A stretch of 64,000 bases of DNA. It comes from Eledone cirrhosa (taxonomy: Eukaryota). The notes beneath the pieces were generated by a model, which ran no database searches, was not told the DNA's origin, and saw only the letters and a program-made list of their open reading frames with translations. The DNA lies in assembly GCA_964016885.1 (NCBI GenBank), contig OZ024741.1, positions 297,848,001-297,912,000 of the forward strand, given 5' to 3'. Position 1 is the stretch's first letter. The number at the start of each line of letters is the position of its first letter. Below are positions 13,499 through 26,694 of this stretch, in pieces. The position numbers and the translations under genes are program-made.

Positions 13499-13664
13499 TT
13501 ATTACTCCAAGATAAAGTTACATAGGAATACAAGTTAAATCATAAACTCGCCATCTACGTAAACCTCTTGTTGAGTCAAACAACGCCGTACGCTAAAACT
13601 ATCCACAATAAGAAGTATTCACAACCTCTAACTGGATTACTTATAATGATATTTAGTTATCCCT

Positions 13665-13723
<59 letters not shown>

Positions 13724-13955
13724 AGGGGGGGGGGGGGGGGGTGATGGTTTTATCGGTAGTTGATTGTGTTGTGGTGTTGATTCGTTTGTTGCGTGTGTGC
13801 TCGCTTGTAGCTTGCTGTGTGGTGTGGTCTCTGTTGTGTGATAGAGTGTGACCAGAGGTTACATGTGTGCAGGTAAGTGAGTAAGTGTTCAATAAGATGA
13901 TGGTGATATGATAGTTCCTTGATCACGCAATAAATGAATATATATAAATGAACCA

Positions 13956-14112
13956 CGGAGGATTGGCAGTATCAGTAGAAGGTCGGACGCCATGCTTTGC
14001 AGCATAGAGTTATGCCCCTTTATGGTGTGAGTTCAAATCCCGCCGAGGTTCACTTTGTCTTTTATCCTTACAGGGGTCGATAAAAGTACCAGTAAGGCAC
14101 TGGGATAATTGC
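13956..14112 (+). mobile_element. SINE A copy
   Basis: A/B boxes and central domain present. Confidence 0.85.
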
Positions 14113-14430
14113 CACTGGCTGGGTTGAGAAAGAGACCAAGAGATAGAAATTGAGTGAAAGTAAGAGAAAGTAAGAGTCACTGAGACCCAAAGGGTCTGTG
14201 AAAAGCAATAGTTTACTTGTTTACTCGATCAAGAAGCGCTCCGAACTACTGCTTGGCCTGATCTAAGGCAGGCTATTTATCTATGTCGCTTCATCTGCCT
14301 TTAAGACTTGAGAACAAAGGGCTGACCTTTCGAGGTCGTCCAATCTCAGACCTGTTGACTCCCAATAGGAGATAACACAGAAAATGACCGTTAAATGTCA
14401 CCCAGAGATAAAAGCGGGGACAGATTTCGC

Positions 14431-14472
<42 letters not shown>

Positions 14473-15866
14473 AAATTTCTATAGAAAGGAACCTAATAAC
14501 CTCGATTCATTATTTAACTCCAGAAGAAATCCCCCCTTTAATAAAAACTTAGCACATTTTGAAAATGAATTAACTAAAATTATACGAGGACTTAAATTCA
14601 AAACAAACCCTTATCGAGGTCAGGGACACCTTATCAACCTTAAGAATAAAATTCTTCTAAAAACGTTTTAGTTCATTCTGACAAAACAAACAATTTATAT
14701 GGCGTAAGTAAGGATAAATATAACCTTAACCTTAAAGAACTAAGAAAAAATTATCGTAAAACTACGCACGATAATCTTGATTCTATTAATAGAGAAGCAT
14801 ATGAGATAATAACCATACTCGGTATTGAGAAAAAAACAGAACCCTTCTTCCCAAGAATCCCGAGGATTAATCTGAAGGATCATAAAAGAAATGTTCGAAC
14901 TGACTTGCCTGTAAGACTAATTGCCCTTTCTAAATCTGACCTAGGGGTTGTTAGTAAATCCATCTCGGATAGAATTATCCCACAGGTTAGGTTTAAATCT
15001 CAACTAAATTTATGGTTGGGTTCATCCGATGTAATAAACTGGTTCAATGACCTAATTAATAAAAACAAACTAAAATTTATTCAATTAGACATTGCTAGCT
15101 ATAACTCCACTATTTCTCCCTCACTCCTAAACAAGTCTCTCACATATGCGTTAAAATACACGGACATCACTGATGAAGAAATTAACATCATTCTCACCGC
15201 AAGGAAAACCATCTTGGAATTTAACAATGAATATTGGTCAAGAGCGGATACTTCCAACAATTTCGACATCACCATGGGTTTGTCGGATTCAGCTCAACTG
15301 ACCGACTTGGTTGGAATGTTCATCTTGAACTCTTTAAATCGGAAAATTCCTCAACTTCGCTGTGGAATTTATCATGATGATGCTATTTTTACTGTCTCTA
15401 ATTGTAACAAAGTAAACTTTAATATTATTAAGAAAAATATACTCGATCTATTTAAGCATCTTAACTTAAAAATTGAATTCGAGAATAATGATAAATTAGC
15501 AAATTTCCTGGATATATCCCTTAATCTAGATACCGGCCTATATTACCCATATCATAAGGATAATGAGAACTTAAATTACGTTAACTTTAAATCTAACCAC
15601 CCTAATAATGTTAAAACTGCTATAGTCAGAAGTGTGAAAAAAAGAATTTCTAATTTATCCTCTAACAAAGATATCTTCGAAGCTAACGCCAATTATTATA
15701 ATAATGCGCTATCTAGGGCTGGATATCTAGACAAAATTAGGTATACTAAGGAAACTAATCTAGTAATGCAGCTAGTAATAATTATACCACTAACAAAAGG
15801 AGGAGACCTAGATATAAAAATATCCTTTGGTACAACGCTCCCTTCTCTCTTTCCGTTATTAATAAT

Positions 15867-15956
15867 TGTTTCTACGTTAGGAACAAGGCCAGCAATTACC
15901 CAGTACATTACTGGTACTTTATTTTATCGACCCCGTAAGGATGAAAGGCAAAGTTA
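15867..15956 (-). mobile_element. 5'-truncated SINE A inserted in the PLE
   Basis: 16-bp TSD ttccgttattaataat at 15851-15866 and 15957-15972. Confidence 0.9.
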
Positions 15957-17441
15957 TTCCGTTATTAATAATATCCCTAAATTATTTTTAGGGCTCTATA
16001 TAACAGCTTCCCTCCTTCACATATATATAGCAAGATATTCAATAAGCATACTATTAAATTCTCATACTCCACTACCTCGAACATTTCTAAAATTATCTCA
16101 AGACATAATTCTAAAATATTAAAGAATAACACATATGCATCCAACCATGAGAGTCATAATAATAACACTATAAGGCCCGACGTCAATGTAAACTCTAGGC
16201 AAAATAACACAAATATAAATACGACGTCAAACGTAACTTTGAGAAATACATCAAATAGATGTAAATCTAGAAACTTTAGCACCCCCTTTAGTTAATTCCA
16301 CCACTCCAGTTCCTAATATAATTAACCCTGGGCCACTTGCCAATAACACTGTAAATAATCTTAATCGTAAATGCAACTGCCCTATTAGAACTAATTGTCC
16401 TCTTAGTAATTTCTGTCTCGATAAAAACGTAGTATACGAATGTAAAGGGGTAACTAGTACCAATACCTATACCTACATTGGCTCTACTTTACCTATTTTA
16501 AAGCAAGATTCTATAATCTTTCTTCTTCATTTAAATATTCACTTAAAAGGACCAGCACCGCACTCTCAGAGCTTATTTGGTCCTTAAAAGACAAAAACAT
16601 TAATTACGAAATTTCTTGGCGTAAAATCTACAACGCATCTCCATACTCCAATGCTTCCATATCTAGTGTTTGTAATTTATGACTAGTTGAAAAATTTACC
16701 ATTATCTCGAATTTCAACTCTATAATAAATAAAAGAACAGATTTATTTGGTCTTTGCAATCATAAACCCTTCAAGACCTTTCACAAAGTATATAGCTAAT
16801 GTCCTATAACTTTTTCCACGAATAACGGTTAATTTTTTTACACATATTTTTTTAGATATATATTCTTTTTACATATATATTTTTTTTAATATATTTTTTT
16901 ACACATATTTCATTATATTCTACAATGTATTAATTTAGTTTTCTCAACATATTTTAAGGCTTTGACCTTTTTTCGATAGCCTTAAATTTTCGCTCAAACC
17001 TTCGTAGATTTTGTAAACAAACTATGACGTCATATGTTTTTCTACGTTTATAAATCATTCTAGCAATTTCCTTTATTTACTTGTTGATATTAAATAATAA
17101 TTAAATAGTATACCCCACATATATGGATTTTTAATAGAAATTTTTAATTTTGACATAGATAGACTATTTTTATTTTTTTATTTTATTTTAATTTATTTTA
17201 TCTAAAAATCTTTTTTATACTTATTTTAATTTAATTTTATTTTATTTTATTAATACATTTTTACACTTCTTAATCCAAGTTTGAGTATTTAAACCCAATA
17301 TAAAATAATATACCCAGTTTCTATATTTTAGACCTCTAATATTTGAATACCATCTATAATATTCGCACATACACCTCATCAATTTACTTTTTAACCGTTA
17401 TCTACAGCTATTTTCATTTTGACAGCGTTCCTGGTCAAAAG

Positions 17442-17480
<39 letters not shown>

Positions 17481-17678
17481 CTTTCTCTCTCTTTCTTTTT
17501 CTCTCTCTTCCTTCTTTCTTTTTTTCTTTTTTCCTCTCCTCACTTTCTTTTTCCTTTTTCTCCTTCTTTTCTTTTTTTCTATTTTCCTATCTTTTTCTTA
17601 CTATTATATTTTCTGTCATATGCAGGTTTTTCATTTTCCCGTTGACAAGTGTTTTTAGACCTCATATCATGTTACCTT

Positions 17679-17746
17679 ATTTTATCTGATGAGAACACAA
17701 TTTTTGTCCCAGGATGATGTTGTTTTCGAAATGCGCATAATAAAAT
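17679..17746 (+). ncRNA. Type I hammerhead ribozyme in the PLE 3' end
   Basis: ATTTTAT-CTGATGA-GAACACAA...TTGTTTTC-GAAA-TGCGCA-TA-ATAAAAT: perfect 7-bp stem I and palindromic stem III. Confidence 0.85.
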
Positions 17747-17867
17747 ATATGGAACTTCTTTAACGATATTTTAATTTCTTCTTTAATATATACGCCAGTT
17801 CTACCAACTGTTGAGTGCTACTTATCTGATATATGCATAGTTTTATTGTTCTACAATATTACTCACC

Positions 17868-17927
<60 letters not shown>

Positions 17928-17969
17928 ATATTAAATAAATAGAAACTATATTTATAAAACCATATTTAT

Positions 17970-18028
17970 TTTATTATATATATTTCAAGGGTAACCAAGA
18001 CAACATTGGTACACTTTCATCAGATAAA
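17970..18028 (-). ncRNA. Type I hammerhead ribozyme in a short PLE end (17922-18075)
   Basis: TTTAT-CTGATGA-AAGTGTACCAA...TTGGTTACCCTT-GAAA-TATATA-TA-ATAAA; same family as 38824 and 43988. Confidence 0.8.
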
Positions 18029-18073
18029 TAGAGACATACCCGGACTTCCAACAAATTAAATACCACTTCTACT

Positions 18074-18782
<709 letters not shown>

Positions 18783-18785
<3 letters not shown>

Positions 18786-19036
18786 GAGCGGTGGAAGTGG
18801 AAGCATTTCTGAATTGGGATGGGGTGGGGTGGGGGGCAAATTTGGACAATTTAGTTGTCGTGATTAGTTTAGCTCTTTGCACACTAAAATGCTAAAATGG
18901 TAAGAAAACTTTGAAATGCGATAAACATAACATCTACATAAATTGTAACGCATATGCAAATAGATGTGTGTTTTGGTAGTTTGGGGAGAAAATATAATTA
19001 TTGGAGGGGACCATGCACTTAGTTCCACCGCCACTG
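18783..19036. mobile_element. hAT-like MITE
   Basis: Ends CAGGAGCGGTGGAA / TTCCACCGCCACTG; the internal part matches 745-852. Confidence 0.55.
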
Positions 19037-19146
19037 CATATATATATAATTTTAAAAAATTATTCTCTGTGTCCTTTCCTAATGGGTTAATATATCGAAC
19101 TTCTTTTGCATTTGTTAATAAACTGGTATTAAACCAAATTTATTCA

Positions 19147-19239
<93 letters not shown>

Positions 19240-19327
19240 CCGAAGAGATTGTTCTGGTAAAAACAGGAGTAAACAGGAGAAAGCTCTGAACATCCGTAGT
19301 TTGAAGTTACAATGGGAGATTCAATAT

Positions 19328-19567
19328 AATAATTGTTTCTACTTTTGGCACAAGGCCAGCAATTACCCAGTGTATTACTGGTACTTTATTTTATCGACCC
19401 CATAAGGATGAAAGGCAAAGTTAACCTCGGCGGGATTTGAACTCAGAATGGCAAGGGCCGTAACTCTATGCGTCAAAGCATGGCGTCCGACCCTAATAAC
19501 ATTAAGAAAGATGCTGCTGTTAACGATTTATGTAACATCAGCATCTTTCTTGATGTTATATATATAT

Positions 19568-19644
<77 letters not shown>

Positions 19645-19855
19645 TATATACATCCACATTATTATGGATTGGCAGTATCGGTAGAGGGTCGGACGCCATG
19701 CTTTGACGCATAGAGTTACGGCCCTTGCCATTCTGAGATCAAATCCCGCCGAGGTTAACTTTGCCTTTCATCCTTACGGGGGGTTGATAAAATAAAGTAC
19801 CAGTAATGCACTGGGTAATTTGCTGGTCTTGTGCCAAAAGTAGAAACAATTATTA
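19328..19855. mobile_element. Two SINE A copies in opposite orientation (19328-19492 minus; 19665-19855 plus)
   Basis: Near-identical sequences; the plus copy is flanked by attattatgg on both sides. Confidence 0.9.
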
Positions 19856-20405
19856 TGGTTATTGGTGAGCTTTGTCACTCTAAATTTCGCCTGCGCACTC
19901 ACAGGGTCATCAGCCATGCCTGAAACGTAGATGTAAACATGAAACTTACTATGTGTGTGCGTCTATTCTTAGGATACGTTATTCGTCTCAATGACTGCTG
20001 GTTCGTGGTCTCTTGTCTGTTGTCTGTTGGCATAGTCCGTGACCAGAAGGTGAGAGCCAGTGAGGCCAGGAGAGAGCGAGAGAGAGAGGTAGAGTAAAAG
20101 TGAATTGGCTACATCGTTAACACGGACTGCTTGCTTCGGTCTGGCTGCTGGGTTCCCCAAGTCCTTGTATTTATAATAACCCTATAGCTAGAAGGATGTG
20201 TATATGGGGTTGATTTATGAATAGCCATCTGTGTTTCCTCTGTCTACAAGCTGGGGTCACAGGTCAAGTGGTATGTACGTTTACCATCGTTGTCTCTTGA
20301 CAAGACAATGGTGGGAACCACCCAATAATGGGTGGTCCCAGAGGCGAGAACTCTTAGATTCGGTTTCGAATCTTTGCGAGTAAGACATATGAGTATTCTA
20401 TTACA
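19856..20405 (-). mobile_element. ~550-bp structured non-coding LTR/pLTR-like module ending in an HHR motif
   Basis: The minus strand starts TGTAATAG, has three consecutive hairpins (20282-20381), a TATAAATA, and CTGATGA-C-CCTGTG-agtg-CGCAGG-C-GAAA at 19874-19918. Confidence 0.5.
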
Positions 20406-21409
20406 CCTCTGAAGGTCGACAAAATAAACATCACTAACACTACTGAGGATGGCAAAATGGCAGAGCCGCTGGAACGTCAGATAGAATGTTTTGTGGTAAT
20501 CGTTCCGGTTGTCTATGTTCTAAATTCAAATCACACCGACATCAATGTTCATTATTTCGATATTGATTTTTAAAAAAAGCACCAGTCCAATACTGCGTCG
20601 ATGAGAGGGGATGAGCTCCACCAGGTTTAAAATACCCAGTAAATGTTGTATGTTACTATGTCGCATCTACGACTATATAAGGAGTTATGAGTTGGAGAGA
20701 ACACTACTGGAATCAATTTAATTGAAACTATTTTCTACTGTTGTCTGTAATTTAGTAATTTAAATACCGTAACGACATAAGTTAAGTGATATGATTACAA
20801 CCGGGAATTGAAACAGAAAGACAAATTCAGCAAGCTCAGAATTGACATTATATATTATAGCATGAACAGTTTTTATGTGGTTCAACATACAGAAAAAGAA
20901 AGCTGCATTGGAAAGGACCATAAATGAGAGAAAGGGATGGGAAAAGCAAGGACTACTAGACAGAGGAAGAAAGAAGGAGGGGGTGACAGACTCTACACCT
21001 AGGTCAGAGCGGTGTCTCGGCTGTCCCCTGCGGAAAATTCTACCAGCGACATTTTCTTAACTCGTTATGAAGTCAAGAAAATCATCGTCATCGACGTTTA
21101 ACGTCCATTTTCCCATGTTAGCAAGGGTTACATATACCAGAAAACTAGTGGACCGATCTAATCTGCTGTCCTTTCTACTGAAATGCGTGATCTTGTGCTT
21201 GAACTGATTTCAAATTTAGGCACATTGAATCGATCTCATTACTTGACTGGTTCATTATTATATCGACCCCGGATGAAAGGCAAAGTTGAACGCAGAATGT
21301 AAAGAGCCAGAACAAATAGCACAGTAACATTTTAGCCGACGCTCTACCAATTCTGCTAATCCACAGCACTTCTTATGCCTAAATTAGAAATAATTAAGGT
21401 AGCCAAGTG

Positions 21410-21722
21410 TACTCTCGGATCTCGAATTAATTTAAAAGATGTTTCCACACACACACCGCTTATTATATGTTGCTAATCTATCTTCGGCGAAATTTTATTT
21501 TAAGTTGTAGCATTCTTGCGACAGTTAATTTTCTTTAAACATTAAAAAGCATTATACATGACAAAACAAGAATATTACAAGAAATCCCATACGTTGTAAA
21601 ATAAATAGGATGGGTTGGGGTCTCAGTATGTAAACTAACGACTAATTTGGGTTTAAAAAAATCAACGGATACAGCCTAGAAAAATTATCGATTTCCACCC
21701 TAATATCTGTGACCCGAGAGTA
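21410..21722. mobile_element. Tc1/mariner-type MITE
   Basis: TA-CTCTCGG...CCGAGAG-TA termini; the internal sequence is related to 59706-60721 in the opposite orientation. Confidence 0.65.
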
Positions 21723-21973
21723 GTTCAGTTCCGTGGTTATTTGTGGCATGAAAAATATAGGATTCCTTATCAAAGCTGTGAGTGGTACCAAGGTTCAAAA
21801 AGATACGATAGCATATTAAATACGTCTGTCCGTTATTAAACAACCTTTACTGTTTATAGATAAAAAGACTCAAATAGATGATTACATACAATGAAGGACG
21901 CAAACACAATAGCTGTACTAAGAGCTCAAGATTTAGGTAAGCGTCATTTTTATATACTAATATACACACATAT

Positions 21974-22020
<47 letters not shown>

Positions 22021-22055
22021 CATTCTAGCATGGAAGATGGACAATAAACGATGAC

Positions 22056-22102
<47 letters not shown>

Positions 22103-22106
<4 letters not shown>

Positions 22107-22290
22107 TGTTTCTACTTTTTGCCACAAGGCCAGCAATTATCCCAGTGTATTACTGGTACTTTATTTTATCGACCACGTAAGGATGAAAGGCAAACTTAAC
22201 CTCGGCGGGATTTGAACTCAGTTCGTAAAGGGACGTAACTGTGCTACAAAGTATGGCGTCCGACCCTCTACCGATACTGCCAATCCACAT
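22103..22290 (-). mobile_element. SINE A whose tail runs into an (AAT)n tract
   Basis: Full copy adjacent to the (AAT)n at 22060-22105. Confidence 0.9.
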
Positions 22291-22376
22291 GATAATATTA
22301 CACTCTGCTTAGTACTATGCCTCTATACACATCGAGTGGTCATTCTAGTGAACCTACAGTAACTAGACGTTACAAT

Positions 22377-22451
<75 letters not shown>

Positions 22452-22556
22452 CAGGTACGGCATAAATCAGCCTGTCCGTTTGTTTACAAACGGACAAAGC
22501 GGACGTTATAATAAACGTCCGCTAAACTGATACGTACATATATATATGTGTACCTG

Positions 22557-22620
<64 letters not shown>

Positions 22621-22683
22621 TACTACTGTAAGTCTGTATACATATATGTATGTACGTATACATACATACTTGCATATATATAT

Positions 22684-23475
22684 ATTGTTATACTTTGGGA
22701 GGGTCATGTTGCCAATAAGAAACACACGCACCAGTTCCTTTCACTTCAATTTATTATAATAAATTTATAAATTTATGGTTGGTTGGTTGGTTCCACAACC
22801 AGATAGTTGTTTATATATTGTCATAGTTCTTTCGTCACACACTCTGTGACCTCTTCAGTGACTGGGGATTCCTTTCTTTGTTTCTGTGCCTCTCCTTTGT
22901 TCTGTCCTACGCCATTTTGTTTCTGAGTGTGTGTTGTGTGCTCAGTCTGCGCATGCGCCACATCCGGGTGTCTGTGTGTGTTTATGTTCATTTATTTATT
23001 TGTTTATTTACATGTTACTGGTTGGTTGTTTGTTCTATGTGTGTGTGTGTTTTCATTTTGTCCTTAATTGTAAGTTGTGATGTTGCTGTTCCACTCATAT
23101 TTTCTATTTAATTTTGGTTGTAATTCTTTTATGTTTATTGCCTCTGTAATTTGTCTAAACATTGCGTCTTTTCTGTGTGTAGATTCTATTTTTATTTCTA
23201 TGTTCTCTAATTTACCCTTGTGTTCTATTTTAGCATGTTGGTAGAGTACATATGATTCTTTACTATCTTGAAGGTTTCGCCAGTGTTCATTTATCCGTTC
23301 CCCTACACTACGAGCTGTCTCACCTATGTACACTATATTTTTGTCTCTACATTGTCCTTCAGTACATCTTATGCTATACACTACATTTCTAGTTTTACAG
23401 TTAATATGGGGGCTTATTTTACGGGGGTGTATTTTGTTAGAGATGCCTACTGACTGTAGTAGATTTTACTTTGTA
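22684..23475 (-). mobile_element. 3' part of a second PLE family: GIY-YIG endonuclease plus 3' end
   Basis: VVYSIRC..C...YIGETARSVGERINEH...EAINIKELQPKLN; downstream HHR; ends at (TA)n. Confidence 0.88.
22820..22862 (-). ncRNA. Type I hammerhead ribozyme
   Basis: GTCA-CTGAAGA-G-GTCACA-gagtg-TGTGAC-GAAA-GAAC-TA-TGAC: perfect stems I and II. Confidence 0.8.
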
Positions 23476-23476
23476 T

Positions 23477-26140
23477 TTAGGTAAGGCGGGTCTTCTCTAT
23501 TACTGAGTACCGCCAAAGCTCTCGGTCCAGTGACATTGTCTTGGAGAGGTGTAAGTGTGTGAGGTCGGAATTTATCAGGTCGTCCCAGGTTTTTCTGGGT
23601 CTGCCTACTCCGTGGCTACCGTCTATCTTTATTGCCCTGCACTTTTTTATACAGCTGTCGTCTTTCATGCGCATCACGTGACCATACAAACGTAGCCTTC
23701 TCTCGAGTAAACAACATCTGATCCCTCTTATTTCTAATTTTTCCTTTAGTTCGTTTATGCTTTGCCGTTCACGTATATTACTATTACACATCCAGCGGAG
23801 CATGCAAGCTTCTTTCCTCTCTAGTCTGCGTATATTCTCTGCACACAATGCCCAGGTCTCACTGCCATGCAACATTGCTGTTCGTATGCAGGCATCATAC
23901 AGCCTGCCTTTCATTTTTAGGGAGAACCCTTTAGCGGCTAATAGTGGTATAAGCTCTCTGAACTTTTTCCATCCAGTTCTGACTCTAGCTACTGTACTTT
24001 CAGAGCAGCCTCCCCCACTGCTGATTTTGTCACCCAGGTAACGGAAGCTGTCCACTATTTCTATAGAACCCTCTGCGCAATTGAAAGAGCTAGTATTTTG
24101 TGGGCACTTGCTGCTACTTATTGCACCAGAGCACCGGCCACATGTAAAATCTATGTTCTTAGTTAGCTTACCTGTGATCCCACTACATCTTTTATGCACC
24201 CATACTTTGCATTTGGGACATAAAATAGAGTTTCTACCTATGCCTTTCCTACACACTGAGCATGGCCATTTCCCGGAAGGGACCGGCGCCTTATTTTCTT
24301 TCCTACAAACTAGAACTTTAGTCTTAGCCAGGTTAATTTTAAGGCCTTTTGATTCTAGGCCATGCTTCCATGTTTGGAATTTCTTCTCTAGCTCGGCCAT
24401 TGATTCAGCTATGAGCGTTAGATCATCTGCGTATAGGAGTTCCCATGGGAAGCCGGTCTTGAACCCCACTGTTATAGCCTGAAGGGCAATAATAAATAGT
24501 AGGGGGCTAAGAACAGAGCCCTGATGAACACCAACTTTTACGCTAAACTCTTCACTATATTCGTTGTTAATTCTAACCTTGCTGACTGTTTCTTTATACA
24601 TGGCTTGTATAGCTCTCACAAGCCATTCATCAACACCTAGTTTTCTAAGAGCCGACCAGATAATGGAACGGGGGACTCTGTCGAAGGCTTTCTCCAAGTC
24701 GACAAAAGCTAAGTATAGGGGTTTACTTTTAGCTAGGTACTTCTCCTGTAGTTGTCGTACAATGAAAAGAGCGTCTGTGGTACTTTTGCCTAACACAAAC
24801 CCGAACTGCATTTCATCTTGATCAATTCTCTCTCTGATTAGTTGCGCTATTACTTTTTCCGTGACCTTCATGACCTGGTCGATTAATTTAATGCCTCTAT
24901 AGTTACTCCTATCTAGGGCATCTCCTTTACCCTTGTAACAGTTAATGATGATGCTGCTACGCCAGTCCTTCGGAACAACCTCATTCTGTATGACTTGGTT
25001 TACTATCCGGGTGACCATGGTGTGTCCCACCGTTCCAGAGGCTTTCAGCATCTCAGCAACTATTTCTGAAGGCCCAGCTGCCTTACCCGTCTTCATTTCT
25101 TTGATTGTCTTACTTATTATACTACCTTCGACTAAGACTGCTGGTCCCTCTATTGGGTCGATGTGGGGGAGACTGTCTTTCTCCCATTTATTCTCCTCAC
25201 TTAGTAGCCTTTCGTAGTGACACTTCCAAGCTACCTTCTTATCAGCGTCAGTGATGGCAAGTACGCCATCATCATTAAGTACACACTTCTCCCCGACAAT
25301 ATCACGGTTTTCCTTGACACATTGCCTAGCAATCCTGAACACCTCACGTTTTTGGTCCTCGCGTTGTAGAACATGCTTGAACTTTCTTTCCTCTGCTTCC
25401 CTTCTTGCGAAGTACACTTGTCTCCTAGCTTCCCTCCTGGCCACTTGATAGTCTTCTCTACTTCCCCCATCCCGCCATACTTTCCAAGCCTGCTTTTTGG
25501 CCTTAATTGACTCCTCCACCTTACTCTTCCACCACCATGTTACTCTCCTCCTGCCTACAGGCCTGCTCCAGTCACAGACTTCGTCTGCCGCCATCAGCAG
25601 GTTTGCTTTCAGGAATTCCCACTGTTCCTCTATATTGTACGACTCTAATTGCTCTTCCTTACTGTCGAAAGCATCAAGTAATATGCTTTGAAATTTATTT
25701 CTGGCTGTGGGGTCCTTTAACTTCCATATTTTTCTCCTGAGGATAGTCCTCTTCTGCTGTCTAGTACGTCTTGTCCTGACTATGAGGTCGCTAATTATCA
25801 GTCTATGTTGGGAGGTGCATTCTTCATGGGGGAGGGATTTAGTGTTTACAACAAACACTCTGTCACGTCTTCTGGTAAGGATATAATCTACCTGGCTGGT
25901 ATGTTCCCCTGATCTGTAGGTGATCAAGTGATTGTCTCGTTTTTTGAAGTTAGTGTTACAGATAGTTAGGTTATTTGCATCACAGAATTCCAGGATTCTG
26001 GAGCCTTTCTCGTTTCTAGTACCAAACCCATAGCCTCCGTGGATTCCGTCATAGCCGTCACAATATTGTCCAACGTGGCCATTTAGGTCGCCAGCAATAA
26101 TTATATAGTCACTGTCGGTTATTTGGGAGGTAGTGAGCAT
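23477..26140 (-). mobile_element. RTE-clade LINE, 5'-truncated, with uninterrupted EN(part)-RT ORF
   Basis: AGDLNGHVG, SQVDYIL, SQHRL, FVDLEKAFDRV, GVHQGSVLSPLLF, LLYADD, and a Cys-rich PHD-like insert. The annotated N-terminus (26141-26605) is microsatellite. Confidence 0.95.
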
Positions 26141-26385
26141 CAGTATACATACATATACATATATACATACATATACATATATACATACATATACATATAT
26201 ACATACATATACATATATACATAAACATACATATATACATAAACATACATATATACATATACACACATACATACATATACATATATATATACATACATAT
26301 ATATATATATATATACACACATATATACATACACATACATATATACATATATATATACATACATATACATATATACATATACATA

Positions 26386-26425
<40 letters not shown>

Positions 26426-26444
26426 CATACATATATATATATAT

Positions 26445-26519
26445 GATGGCTGCCCCCTCGTTATCGAGTATGGCCATTGCACAATAAAAAAAAAAAAAAA
26501 ATTAAAAAAAAAAAAAAAA

Positions 26520-26577
<58 letters not shown>

Positions 26578-26656
26578 GCAATAATAATAATAACGACAAC
26601 AACAATAATAATATACATATTCATATATATATACACACACACGCACGCACATAAGC

Positions 26657-26694
<38 letters not shown>

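Larger units (their letters stand above)
14470..17870 (+). mobile_element. Penelope-like element (Naiad-like): RT + GIY-YIG, degraded, with long AT-rich 3' end
   Basis: RT motifs FIQLDIASYN, FDITMGLSDSAQLTDLVG, GIYHDD, FLDISLNL. CNCPIRTNCPL (CxCx5C) followed by VVY...YIG. Flanked by (TA)n at both ends. Confidence 0.9.

Noticed and set aside
16952-16987. SECIS-like hairpin after the PLE ORF
   Set aside because: Has TGA/GA inside a stem, but lacks the upper helix and apical AA.
19235-19292. Possible HHR (CCGAAGA...GAAAGCTC-TGAACA)
   Set aside because: Core and stem I register are imperfect and stem II is weak; not counted.
26141-26605. Poly-Leu N-terminus of the 1042-aa ORF
   Set aside because: Microsatellite and a neighbouring element's tail that happen to be in frame with the truncated RTE.
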